A stretch of 64,000 bases of DNA from Eledone cirrhosa (lineage: Eukaryota): contig OZ024740.1 of assembly GCA_964016885.1 (NCBI GenBank), positions 387,438,001-387,502,000 of the forward strand. The letters are read 5' to 3'. The notes beneath the pieces were generated by a model that did no database searches, was not told the origin of the DNA, and saw nothing but the letters and a program-made list of their open reading frames with translations. Position numbers and translations under genes: made by a program. Below are positions 25,863 to 38,190 of the stretch, piece by piece (the stretch's first letter is position 1; every line of letters starts with the position of its first letter).

Positions 25863-26926
25863 TAGATGTTTAGTAATGATTAATACAAAATGCACTTAAA
25901 CCGAATTCTATATTATAAATTCATTTAAATAATTATCGTGTCATCTTGAGTTCGTTATGAGTCTCTTTTTTATAAAAGGATGCCACAGAGTGTACGATAG
26001 ATAATGATTACAATTTTTTTTAGCAACAACTCTAGTCTCACACTTTTGAAGGTGGCTCTTTTGAGCTTGCGCATTTTTCAGGTCTAGTTTAATATTTTTT
26101 TAAGGCAATGCTTGTAATAACTGTAGTTAAATATGATATATATTAATAATAAATTATCGTTGTAATGTAATTAGATTATATAATTGTTATTTTATAAATG
26201 ATCTTATAAATATTATTGTAAGATGGATAAAAATATTTTCAGACTTTTAATATAAACTACAAATAACAATCAATATTAAATAAATATATTTTACATAATA
26301 ATTGTTATAGTTGAATTAATAAAAATTAAATATTACATACAAATAGTCTAACATAATAATAATAAAATAATCTAACATAAAATGAACAATAATATGGACA
26401 AATATACAAGTAAATATGATACAACCAATATTATAAGCATGTTATAACGAACTGAAAAGAAAAAAAATAGTTAATATAAATTTTAAAAATCATATATAAA
26501 TTAACAATATAACTTACCAAAACGAGAAAAATATTTTGATGATAGAAGACAAAATACAGGAGGAAGATTTGAAAGCGAAACGATAAATAAATGTGCAAAC
26601 AAAGTGGCGGATGCTTTTGAGCAACAATTACTCTCATTGGTTGATTAGCCAATAAGACGATGAAATTAGCCAATGAGACAATACATTACAAAAGATTTTT
26701 GGCAGGGATCACCACGGCCAGCGAAACGCCTTGAATTTTTTATTCACAAACTACGCATATATGTCAGACATGCAGACTTAAAACATTCTGTTGTTAGTCA
26801 CTGCGTGTCTAACAGATAAATATATACATTCAAAATGGCTGACTAAACACACAGGTGCTTTCCTTCAGTAAATATTTTTTGGTTAATTTATTTTCTTATT
26901 CTTGTCTATCCTATTTCTTCTATCTT

Positions 26927-26960
26927 CTGATGAGGGACTAACGTTTGAAACATTAAAACT
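26927..26960 (+). ncRNA. Degenerate Penelope-type minimal hammerhead motif
   Basis: CTGATGA GGGAC TAAC GTTT GAAA CATTA; downstream flank homologous to the 54147-54182 copy. Confidence 0.45.
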
Positions 26961-27029
26961 CTTTTCCAATTATAAAGTGTTAAACTAATATCTATCATCA
27001 CTGAACTGTATTGTTTTTCCTCGTTGACT

Positions 27030-27800
27030 TGCTCAGTGTGCAGGAAAGGTGTAGGTAGAAATTCCATTCTATGTTCCAAATGCAAACTAGGGTACACAAG
27101 AGATGTAATGGTATTTTAGACAGGCTAACAAAGAATGCAGGCTTTATGTGATCAATGCATAAGAGTAGTAAGCAACAGAGGTCACATGAAAAAAGCTCTA
27201 TCAAATGCTCAGAGGGCTCTGTAGACATAGTTGACAGCTTTTGTTACCTGAGTGACCTAATTAGCAGTGGAGGTGGTTGTTCTGAAAGTACTGTAGTCAG
27301 AGTAAGAACAGGGTGGAAAAAATTCAGGAAGCTACTACCACTGCCAGCTAAGAAAGTTTTTTCCTCTCAAAATAAAGGGCAGATTGTATGATTCTTGTGT
27401 ATGAACAATGCTGTATGGACGTGAGAGCTGAGTGCTGTGTGCAGAAGACCTACGAAGATTGGAAAGAAATGAAGCTTGCATGCTCTGATGAATGTGTAAT
27501 AGTAATATACGTGAATGGCAAAGTATAATTGTACTGAGAGGGAAACTAGGCGTAAGAGGAATCAGATGAAGTGTGCAGGAGAGGAGATTGTGTTGGTATG
27601 GACATGTGATGCGTATGAAGGATGACAGCTGTATAAAAATTGCAGGGCACTCGAAGTTGATGGAGAACATAGAAGAGGAAGACCTAGGAAAACTTAGGAT
27701 GAGGTGATAAAAACTGACCTTGCACAATTAAACCTCTCAAAGGAGATGGCACAGGATCAAGATCTCTTGCAGAAGACCTGCCTTCCCATGTGCACAGGAT
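27030..27800 (+). mobile_element. Degenerate RTE LINE 3' fragment
   Basis: CSVCRKGVGRNSILCSKCK.. and SGGGCSEST..RVRTGWKKFR; homologous to 32359-33105. Confidence 0.8.
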
Positions 27801-30059
27801 GAAACAATTATATAAAGGAGACTAATCTACACCAATCTTTCCCTTCTTCCCACATACATCTTCTCCAATCATAATTTTCACCTCCCCACTCCATCACTAG
27901 CTAAGAATCCCACATTAGAGCCCCCCCCCTCACTCGTCCACGTCCAACTTATATATGAGTTCCTCTTCCCTCCCACAATCCTGATACACCTTCCCTGTCC
28001 AACCGATGCATACAAACATAGAAAACTGGACATGCTCCACACCTGCTCTCCCACAATGCTGCTGTCACGACAAAAGCACCTAGTCCATTCTGTAAAGTGG
28101 TCGTACTGGTGACACAAAAAGCATCCAGTTTACTCAGTAAAGTGGTTGTGCTGGTACCACAACAAAAAAGTACCCTGTCAGATAGTCGTTTTGGTTCAAC
28201 GATAAGAAAAAGCACCTAGCCCACACTATAATTTGATTGGCCTTAAGAAAGGCATCCAGCCATAGAAACCAAGCCCAAAACAGATCCATATGAGCAAGAT
28301 CTGGTTGCCTGACCTGACTTGTTTCATAACGTGATAGTCTGTCTAACCCATGCAAGTGTGACAGATAGATGTTAAACAATGATGATGATATATACACAAC
28401 AGGTTTCTGCAGTTTATATTTGTCAAATTCCACTCACAAGACATTGGTCAACCTGAGACTATAATAGAAGACGCAGGAATTATTCTGGATATATATGCCA
28501 AATTTATTGTGATGGCAATGTTGTTGCCAGACAAACTTTAATGCTTAATGTGTGCGTGCACGCATACCTACATACATGTATGTGTGTGTTATCATATTTC
28601 AACCATTCTCCTCACCCCACATGTTACAGCTGGAGGCCAACATTTTTCTTATTGGTCTTACTGGTCTCAACCAGAAATATTCATCCTATACTATATATCA
28701 TCATCGACGTTTAATGTTCACTTTCCCTGCTAGCAAGGGTTGGACAAGTCTACACAGAGAAAGACAGTACTGAAGTGGGGCTACTGACCTCCCAGACAAG
28801 CCAAGGGGTCTGCATCTTGCTTACATATGGTCATACATTTCTATCATGTGCAGAGGAAAAGTTGTCCCAACCCCTTTCTATGGGTATGCTCTTCCTAATA
28901 CCAACCACTTTGCAGTGTGTTTGGTATTTTTATCATGTAGATCAGCAGCACTAATGTGGTTGTTATGTACTTGACACAACTATGCACATGGAAAAACCTA
29001 CATAGACAACAAATAGAAGTATCTCTATTCTCCTCTTCAACCCGCCCTGGAAATACAATTTTGTACATTTTATTTATATATATATATATATTCATATATA
29101 AATATATATATAAACACACACACACTTTTTGAGAATATATGACATTGATTTTGAAGAAAAAAGTTTGCGCGTGAAAAAAAGTTACAGTACTGCTTAAAGC
29201 TAGCAAGGGTTGGACAGGTCTACATATAACAAGTCAGTACTGAAGCGGAGCTACTGATCTCCCAGACAGCCTGCATCTCACGTATGGTATTACATTCTAC
29301 CGAGTGCACAAGAGAGATTGTCTTGCTTCGACACAAATAAAGGGTCCTCACAATTCTTTGTTTGGCAAGCATTCTACAGTTTGATGCCGTTCCTATTACC
29401 AACCACTTTACAGCGTGTACTGGGTGCGTTTATCATGGTGATCCCCAACACTACAGAGGTTGTTGTGCTGTGACACAATTGAAGAGTCCTTTTAACCCTT
29501 TTTAGGCACGGTTTCTAAAGCGGGTTGCCTTTCCTGTCGCCAACCACCTCATAGGGTAAACTGGGTGTATTTTCGTAGCAGCAACACTAGAGAGGTTATT
29601 GATCCTTGCCACAAAAAAGCTCTCCCTGCTCTGTAGGGGTTTGGGGATAGCAATAGAAGATAAGTATGAAGTGATCTGACAGGGTGATGAGTGGGGAAGG
29701 GATGACTTATGATAGCATAGGGGTGAGGGGCTATGGAGAATTGCATTGCTAAGGCGTGATAGTGGAGAGGGCATGTGTGGTGTGCATAGAGGTGAAGGGA
29801 GTAGCTACTAGGGTGTGCAATAGTGAGGGTATGATAGGGCTTTAGAGGGGGGAAACAGCTAAGGAGTGACATTGGAAGGGGAATGGATGGAGTTGGGTGT
29901 GTAGTGATGAGGATAGCTGCTAGGGAGTGCCAGTGAAAGAAGAGTAATGTAAATAGCTATGTTTTTGAAGAAAATTTTATGAATACAGATGTTAATTTAG
30001 TATTGAAACGAAATAGATTATATTTGCCTTAAGTAGAGTGGGCTTTTCAGTTGTGACTA

Positions 30060-30600
30060 TCACCAAAAACTCATCTGGTGCTGGTGCCATAATAAAACAA
30101 ACCCAGTACACTCAGTAAAATGGTTGGTGTTAAGGGCTCCCAGTCGTAGAAACTATGCCAAAAAAATTTGAGAGGACCTTCCAGTCATGGCATACACACA
30201 GTACACACTATAAGGTGGCTAGTGACAGGAAGAGCATCTAACTGTTGAAGCTATACCAAAAAAGTTTAAAAGGACTTTTAAGTTATGTCAAGAGCACAAC
30301 AACCTCTCTAGTGTTGGTGATCTACATGGCAAATGCACTCTGTAAAGTAGCTGATAAGAAGGATATCTAGCCATAGAAAACCTGCTAAATAAAGGGTTGG
30401 AAGGACATTTCAGTCGTGTCAAAGACATAACAACCTCCCTAGTGCTGGTACCATGATAAAATGATTTGGTGCTCTCTATAGAGTGTGGGAACATATGTAA
30501 GCAACATGCATGGCCCATGGCTTGTCAGAGAGGTTTGCAGCTCCAATTAGGTACCGACTTGCTAGCATACAAAAACAATGATAATGAAGATCCCTATTTA
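30060..30600 (+). repeat. Degenerate tandem copies of the RTE-3'UTR-derived motif (gtaaagtggttggtgttaggaagggcatccagcc)
   Basis: Three to four degenerate iterations; solo copies also near 28200-28390, 28860-28930, 29370-29580, 42740-42930, 44455-44630 and 53200-53270. Confidence 0.55.
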
Positions 30601-30784
30601 TAGGTGTAAAAATATCGAGAGGCATGAAGAACTCAATGCAAGGATACAGGGTAGTCATAGATATTTTAAGCTGAAATTACATAGATTGGGACAATTAATT
30701 TCATGTTTTACTAATTTTTAAGCATTCAATTTAGTAAATTTAGTAAATATGAAATAAATTACAAAAATTGTTTAATAAGCACCT

Positions 30785-31002
30785 TAACCCTTTAGCATTT
30801 AAACCGGCCATATCCAGCCACAATTCTCTCACCTGTCTCTGATCAAACTGGCCACTCATACAGACGTTATGGTATTTTTCTCAAGAGGGATAACATAAAA
30901 ATCTCATAGATTTGATATTATGTGAGATAATTATGTAAGATAAAGCCATTTCCATAAAAATACAATAGTATATATAGAGTAATATAAATGCTAAAGGGTT
31001 AA
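30785..31002. mobile_element. piggyBac-type MITE
   Basis: ttaaccctttagcattta...taaatgctaaagggttaa. Confidence 0.8.
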
Positions 31003-32349
31003 TAATACAAAACTATTTGATGAAATTGGAACATTATTGTATAAAGCCAGCTGTTGTTTACTTCTTGCACTTTTGATAGATGACATGTAGTATGTGTATA
31101 TATATATATATATATATATAGTATGCAAGTGGATGTGTGTGCAACACCCATATATGCGATTATATATATATATAAACAAAACATAAATACACACATTTTC
31201 TTTTATTTCTTTTACTGGTTTGTCATGGTCATGCTGGAGCATCACCTTCAAGGGATTTAGTCGATTATATCGATCACAGTACTTATTTTTTGAACTCTGT
31301 TAATTATTTTATCCAAACAAACAGTTAATATAAATACAGATATGAGGATATACACACACACAAATGAATATATATATATATATATATATATATGATGCAC
31401 AGTTTCTGTCTACCAAATTTCCCTCACAAGACATTTGTTTAACTTGGGACTATAGCAGAAGATGCGCCAGATGCCATGTACTGGAACTGAACTTGAAATC
31501 CATGTGGCTGGGAAGTAAATTCCTTAATGACACAGCCATGCCTGCACATACGTGAGTGTATGTGGGTGAAAATGAAAATCCTACTCACACGACAGTCCCA
31601 ACCTTGCAAGCAGGGAAAAGCGGACGTAAAATGATGATGATGATGACGACAGAGATGAGAATGGAATGTAAGGATTATCAACATGTGGTACTGGAGAAGA
31701 TTTTCCTGCCAGCATAAAAATGTGACCCTCCACTGTTGCTCGTTAGAAATAACTCTCACCATCATTGTACCCCATTTTACCAAGGATCACCCTTTGCCCT
31801 CCTCACCTTCTCAAAATCCACCATACCTGACTTACACTCATGACATTCTTTCTCATCATTTCTAAACCCCCATCCCACCTATCATATAACCATGACATCC
31901 AGCACGTCACTGCCTCCCATCTCATGTCACTTACCACTGATATACTTATCATCCTCTCTGGCATTAATACAAACTGCATCTCATCTAGGCTAACTTGGTC
32001 CTAAGCAGCTGTGGTATAACTTTTTCTGTGACTGTCATAACCTGGTCAACCAACTTAATGCCTCTATAATTTCTTCTATCTAGTGCATCTCCTTTGCCCT
32101 TGTAGCAGTTGATGATGCTGCTGCTACGCCAGTCATTGGGTATAACACCATTTTGTATTACTTGGTTTACAATATGGGTTACTATGGGTGACCCACCATT
32201 TCTGATGCTTTCAGCATCTCATCAATTATTCCTGAAGGTCCAGCTGCCTTGCTTTTCTTCACACACACACTGATATACATATATAAACAGATATATATAT
32301 ATATGTGTGTGGGTGTGTTATGAATATATTCCAGCTTTTAGAATAAATA

Positions 32350-33470
32350 TACTCCATTTTGTGTCCCAAATGCAAAGTTTGGGTGCATAAAAGATGTAGT
32401 GGTATCACAGGTAAGCTAACTAAGAACATAGATTTTACATGTGGCCGGTGTTCCGGCGCAATAAATAGCAGCAAGTGCCCACAAAATACTAGCTCTTTCA
32501 GCTGCGCAGAGGGTTCTATAGAAATAGTGGACAGCTTCCGTTACCTGGGTGACAAAATCAGCAGTGGGGGAGGGTGCTCTGAAAGTACAGTAGCTAGAGT
32601 CAGAACTGGGTGGAAAAAGTTCAGAGAGCTTATACCACTATTAGCCGCTAAAGGGTTCTCCCTAAAAATGAAAGGCAGGTTGTACGATGCCTGCATACGA
32701 ACAGCAATGTTGCATGGCAGTGAGACCTGGGCATTGTGTGCAGAAGATATACGCAGACTAGAGAGAAACGAAGCTTGCATGCTCCGCTGGATGTGTGATA
32801 GTAATATACGTGAACGACAAAGCATAAACGAACTAAGGAAAAAATTAGAAATAAGAGGGATCAGATGTTGTCTACTCGAGAGAAGGCTACGTTGGTATGG
32901 TCACGTAATGCGCATGAAGGACGATAGCTGTATAACAAAGTGCAGGGCAATAAAGATAGACGGTAGCCACGGAATAGGCAGACCCAGAAAAACCTGGGAT
33001 GAGCTGATAAACTCCGACCTCACACACTTACACCTCACCAAGACAATGTCACTGGACCGAGACCTTTGGCGGTACTCAGTAATAGAGAAGACCCGCCTCA
33101 CCTAAATACAAAGTAAAACCTACTACAGTCAGTAGGCATCTCTAACAAAATACACCCCCCCACCCCACCCCATCCACACCGCCCCCTTCTATGTAAAGTT
33201 ATGTTGGTGCCACACCATCCAGGCCGAAACAAATGAGATCGTGTAGGTGTCACGACAAAAAAAACACAGTCCACGCTGTAATGTGGCCGTGTAGGCAACA
33301 CGGTAAAAACCTCCCAGACCCACACTGTAAATGTGGTTGGTGTTAGGAAGGGCATCCAACTGTAGAAAACCTGCCAGAAAAGTCCTATGCGAGCAAGACA
33401 ATCACTCTTGCCTCAAGTGGGAAAACCCCCGTCCAAACCCATGCAAGCGTGGAACACGGACGTTAAACGT

Positions 33471-33503
<33 letters not shown>
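32350..33503 (+). mobile_element. RTE LINE 3' fragment with a 248-aa open C-terminal ORF, 3'UTR and (GAT)n tail
   Basis: FRYLG, YDACIRTAMLHGSETW, RRLRWYGHVMRM, GRPRKTW; tail gatgatgat at ~33472-33503. Confidence 0.9.
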
Positions 33504-33504
<1 letters not shown>

Positions 33505-33898
33505 ACTCTATCCTGTATAAAAGGGTTGACATTAGGGAAAGACAGCAGACTAACAAACACCACTTCAAAAGGTCCTGTCTACTATATGCCAGCATGGAAA
33601 AGCAGAAAAATGGAAATAAAAATGATAAAGATATATGTGTGATTTAAGGAAATGAAAATGAAATGAAGGAAGATTTGGCTATGAGTGACCATGAAAGGTT
33701 GGAACTTGTTGAAACCAGATTTCTAATTCAGCTGTGTGTGTCTTATTTCTACCGTACTATAATGAGGGTATAGATTCAAATACTTAGAGAAAGGAGAGGA
33801 AATGGTAAATTATGACATCTATGTTTACCTCTAATGATATAGTAGTGTGATATGATTATAACAGAGTATTGAAAACAAGGGTAAAAAACTCAGTGTTA

Positions 33899-34462
33899 TT
33901 ATAGAAAGACACCTACTGATTTCAATGGGAAATAAATTTTTCTTCAATTTTTTTGTGTGCTATTACCTCTTAATATGATCTTAAGGACTTTTTTCTCTGA
34001 AAGAGGGAGATGAAAAAGGGGAACCCTCAGACGTTTCACCCCCTCCCTCCCAGAGTTTTCTGTTCCACCTTTTTCCTCTCATATTTTTTTCTTTTTGTGT
34101 ACTACCAACTAATCTTAACTCTGAACATACTGCAAAGGATTTCCTCCTGTAAAACAGGGGGGAGGGAGGTCCTCGCGTTTCAACCCCTTCTCCCGGGGTT
34201 AGGGTTGGAGTGCAAAGAAAACTCTGGAGCATGTTTGTAGGTAAGATTAGTTGGTAGTTCATGAAAAAAAAAAAAAAAAATCAAGGGTAAAAAAAACAAA
34301 GAAAACTCGGTGGAGAGTGAAAAAGCCTGAGGTTTCCCCCTCCTTTTTCCAGGAAAAAAAGTCCTTAGGACCATATAAAGAGGCAAGTTTAATTGATAGA
34401 ACATGAATAAAAAAAAAAAGCAATCATTTCCCACTGAAATCAGTGAGGGGTATCTTTCTATA
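33899..34462. mobile_element. Degenerate foldback element/MITE, palindromic over most of its length
   Basis: tatagaaagacacctactgatttcaatggga pairs with tcccactgaaatcagtgaggggtatctttctata; inner blocks also pair (actaccaactaatctta / taagattagttggtagt; aaggactttttt / aaaaaagtcctt). Confidence 0.75.
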
Positions 34463-34812
34463 AATTTACCAAAACTTCAATATCTTGGGAGCTTAATCCC
34501 ATTTGACACCAAACCACAAGAAACTGACCCTGGCTATATAATTCAAAACTGTTTATTTTAAAATAATTATGTTTATCTAAAAACATACCATCATAATTTC
34601 GTGAATCTTAACTTCATTAAAATATGTTCCAGACACCAGTTTAAAAATGAGAAAGTAATATTATTTCTAAATCCCTCCAAATTCTTGATTATTTTTTCAA
34701 AACTATAAGCAGTGTCTTTAACTAAAAATATGGTAGCAAAATGGTTAATTTCTACACTAATGTGATTTTTTTCATTTAAGATGAAATGAAACGAATTTCT
34801 TAGGTTTCAAAT

Positions 34813-34996
34813 TTAACCCCTTAGATACTAAACCATCCTGAATTTGATACAATACTGCTCATTTAAAAATAAGTAATGTTCTAAATATTAGCTTACTTAG
34901 TTTTTTTTTTTTAATTCCTCCAAATGTTTGGTTATTTTCAAAATTAACTGAAACACATAGTGTATTTTGATAAAAAAATATCAGTGAAAGGGTTAA
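34813..34996. mobile_element. Second TTAA-flanked MITE family (related copy at ~34494-34748)
   Basis: ttaacccctt...aaagggttaa termini with shared internal sequence. Confidence 0.55.
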
Positions 34997-35282
34997 GTGA
35001 AGAGGGAAAAAGATCACATGATGAAATATGCTTTTTCAAGAGCAAACCAATCTAAATAAACAAAAGTTTCAAGGAAGGAAAACTGGTGAGTAATAGTGGG
35101 ATAGTCAGTAAATAAAAGCTAACTGTCAGTAGGACTGAAACAGTTAATTCTTATTCAATAATTTGCAAATATTTCATAAGAAATTTTCACATCTAGGTCT
35201 GGAAACCTTTAAATTATCTTAAAACAATTGCAATGTGGGTAGATTGAATAAAATACATATCAAAATTTAAAACTGTGAGATT

Positions 35283-35624
35283 ATATATGTATGTGTGTAT
35301 GTATCTGTGAGTTCTGGGTTCAATCAGAAGTAACCCCAGTGAGTAACGTACTCTAGTAGTTTAAACATCAAATTTAATATAGAAATGACTTCTACAGGAC
35401 TAGAACTGTTTCATTCGAAAGAAATCACCTGGAAAGACTGATGATTTCTTTCGAATGAAACAGTTCGAGTCCTGTAGAAGCCATTTCTATATTCAATTTG
35501 ACGCACACACACATATATATATATACACACACACACACATATATATATACACACACACACACACATATATATATACACACACACACACATATATATATAT
35601 ACACACATATATATATATACACAC

Positions 35625-35655
<31 letters not shown>

Positions 35656-36206
35656 AACGTGTGTGTTATTAATTGTTAGGGCGGTGGATTGGCATCGGTA
35701 GAGGGTTGGACGCCATGCTTTGCAGCATAGAGTTACTCCCCTTTATGATCTGAGTTCAAATCCCTCCGAGCTTAACTTTGCCTTTCATCCTTACGGGGTC
35801 GATAAAATAAAGTACCAGTAATCCATTGGCTAATTGCTGGCCTTGTGCCAAAAGTAGAAATAATTAATTGTTAGGGCAGCATGTTGGCAGAGTTGTTAGA
35901 ACGTCGGATAGAATGCTTTGCAGTATTCATAGCAGCTGACTTCAAATCCAATGAGGTGTGTGTGTGCGTGGTGTGTGTGTGTGTGTCAAATTGAATATAG
36001 AAATGGCTTCTACAGGACTCGAACTGTTTCATTCGAAAGAAATCATCAGGCTTTCCTGGTGATTTCAAATGAAACGGTTCTAGTCCTGTAGAAATCATTT
36101 CTATATTAAATTTGATGTTTACACTACTAGAGTACGTTACTCACTGGGGTTACCTCTGATTGAACCCAGAACTCACAGACACATACACACATACATATAC
36201 ATATAT
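35283..36206. repeat. Two inverted copies of a ~200-bp hairpin-containing unit flanking SINE sequence
   Basis: 35304-35502 is the reverse complement of ~35985-36180; each unit has an internal ~55-bp-arm hairpin. Confidence 0.85.
35680..35870 (+). mobile_element. Full-length tRNA-derived SINE (Meta/MESC-like core) with TSD
   Basis: A-box and B-box (gagttcaaatc), core gcctttcatccttacggggtcgataaaataaagtaccag, tail; TSD attaattgttag on both sides. Confidence 0.85.
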
Positions 36207-37314
36207 ATTTGTTCCGGCTCTCTGCTCGCTGAGTTCAAATCCCGGCGAGGTCAACTTTGCCTTTCAGGTCGATAAAAAAGTACCAGTCTTGTACTGAGGT
36301 GGATTATTCCTCTATATCTCTTTCTCATTTCCTCTCTCACTTTCTATCTTTCTCTGGAAGAAATGTGCTGTACTCAGGCCTGGAAAGGGATAGGCTCCGC
36401 CAAGTTTAAAATGCCCAAGAAACGCCGTATGTCACTACAACTCTATTATATATATATATCATCATCATCGTTTAACGTCTATCTTCCACGCTAGCATGGG
36501 TTTATACATACACACACAAACATTCCTCTTTTATTGGTTTCAATAATCTGACTGCGGCCATGCTGGAATACCGCCTCGATTTAAATAATTGTATTGAACA
36601 CAGTATTTATATTTTCATGTCTGGCACTTAGTATTATAGGAAGAGCATCCATAGAAACCATACCAAAATAGAACGCATGAACAAGACGTGGCCATCGGAT
36701 CTGTGTTGTCTCAGAACATGACAACCGACCGAAGCATGGAAGACAGATGTAAAACGATGGTGATGATGATACATGACGGGTCTCCGCAGTTTCCGCCTAC
36801 CAAATTCAACTCACAATGTAATCATAAACCCGAAGTTAATGTAGAAGACCTTCCCTCGTTAATTCAATCTACTCCGGTGATTTATTGGAGTTTATATTAA
36901 AGGGTGTTAGAATCAAATAAAATGAAACTAATGAAGTCTGCGAACTTTGTTTTCTTCTTATTTTTTGACAGAAAGTCGAATAAATTATTTTGCTGTGAGG
37001 AAGAAGAGAAATATCCCATCTAACGGCAAAATAATCTTTCATTTTGCGAATTCTTTGTTATGTATTTTTAGTACGTTGACCTCCACTATGCTTTCATCCC
37101 CATTCAATTCCGCTCTCTACATTTCAACCACGATCTTAAATCAAACAAACAAAATACGTAAATTGAGCCATCGGGAGTGTACAGTCTGCTAAAAATAACA
37201 GTCAAATATATCTCTAAATACGCCTTAAAAGTCATACACAGGGCAATAAAGTATATAGGGCTAAGCAACAACCACACATATATCCTCAAATCCTTTTTAT
37301 ACACTCACCACACA

Positions 37315-37368
<54 letters not shown>

Positions 37369-38123
37369 CCCCACTCTCACCAAGCGTAACATTTACTCAT
37401 GCGCTTGTTTTTTTTTTTTTTGTTATTTCGAACTATATATATATATATATACACATATATATATATATATAATGTATACAATATGTATGCCTTATGTGTG
37501 AGTAACTGGAGCCATAAAAACAGTTATCACGTTAAATTGACGTGTCTAATCTTTCTTCTCTCATGAAACATACACGAAATAAAAGGCAGAAAAAAAAACC
37601 TTTTCGGAAAACAGTTTACTTCAGAGAAAATATTTCCTTCTAAATAAATATAAATAATCTCATTGTTTTGATATATTTTAAACATTAATTAGTCTAATCA
37701 AGAGTTAGTTATGCCGAATCTAGCTCAGAAAAGTTCTGAATAAAAATTGAAAAAAAAACAACAACAAATAATGATGTTTATGAAAAAGAAATTCATGTGT
37801 TTAAAGAAGCACAACGTAGACAAATATATTTATTCCTACATTTTCCTATTGTTTATATTTTGATACAACTTCCCAACCAATTCCACTTATAGCAGTCCGC
37901 CTGAAAATCAGGGTCTGATATAAACATAAAATATACAACATATAACACCCCGAATTTAGAACCAAACACAATATTCACCTTCACGCTAATAAACTGAAAC
38001 AAATATTCCGCACATTTTGATATAATACAACATAAACTGGGGGGAAAAAAAGCATCAATAAAGTTTAAATAATACATTTTCAATAAAGCTGTTATCATGT
38101 CAATGAAATTAAAACCTCTTTAC

Positions 38124-38190
38124 CGTAATTAGACATTTTGATATCTCCGTTGGGAAAGCGCAGACGAGCGCCGCAGTCCATTTCAGCCAT
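38124..38190 (-). CDS. SOAT1: Host gene coding exon 1 (MAEMDCGARLRFPNGDIKMSNY + 1 nt); SOAT1-like
   Basis: ATG at 38190; donor TACG|GTAAAG at 38123 (phase 1); splices in frame to the exon at 16744. Lies in a locally CpG-richer patch next to ETS-like motifs. Gene identity comes from recalled similarity of the joined peptide to the SOAT1 N-terminus, not from a database search. Confidence 0.55.

Larger units (their letters stand above)
23090..26088. mobile_element. Composite non-autonomous DNA element bounded by ~164-bp inverted repeats
   Basis: 23090-23253 is the reverse complement of 25925-26088 (TAGACCTGAAAAATGCGCAAGCTC...). Confidence 0.8.

Noticed and set aside
35680-35770. tRNA gene
   Set aside because: A/B boxes belong to a SINE head with core, tail and TSD; no complete cloverleaf.
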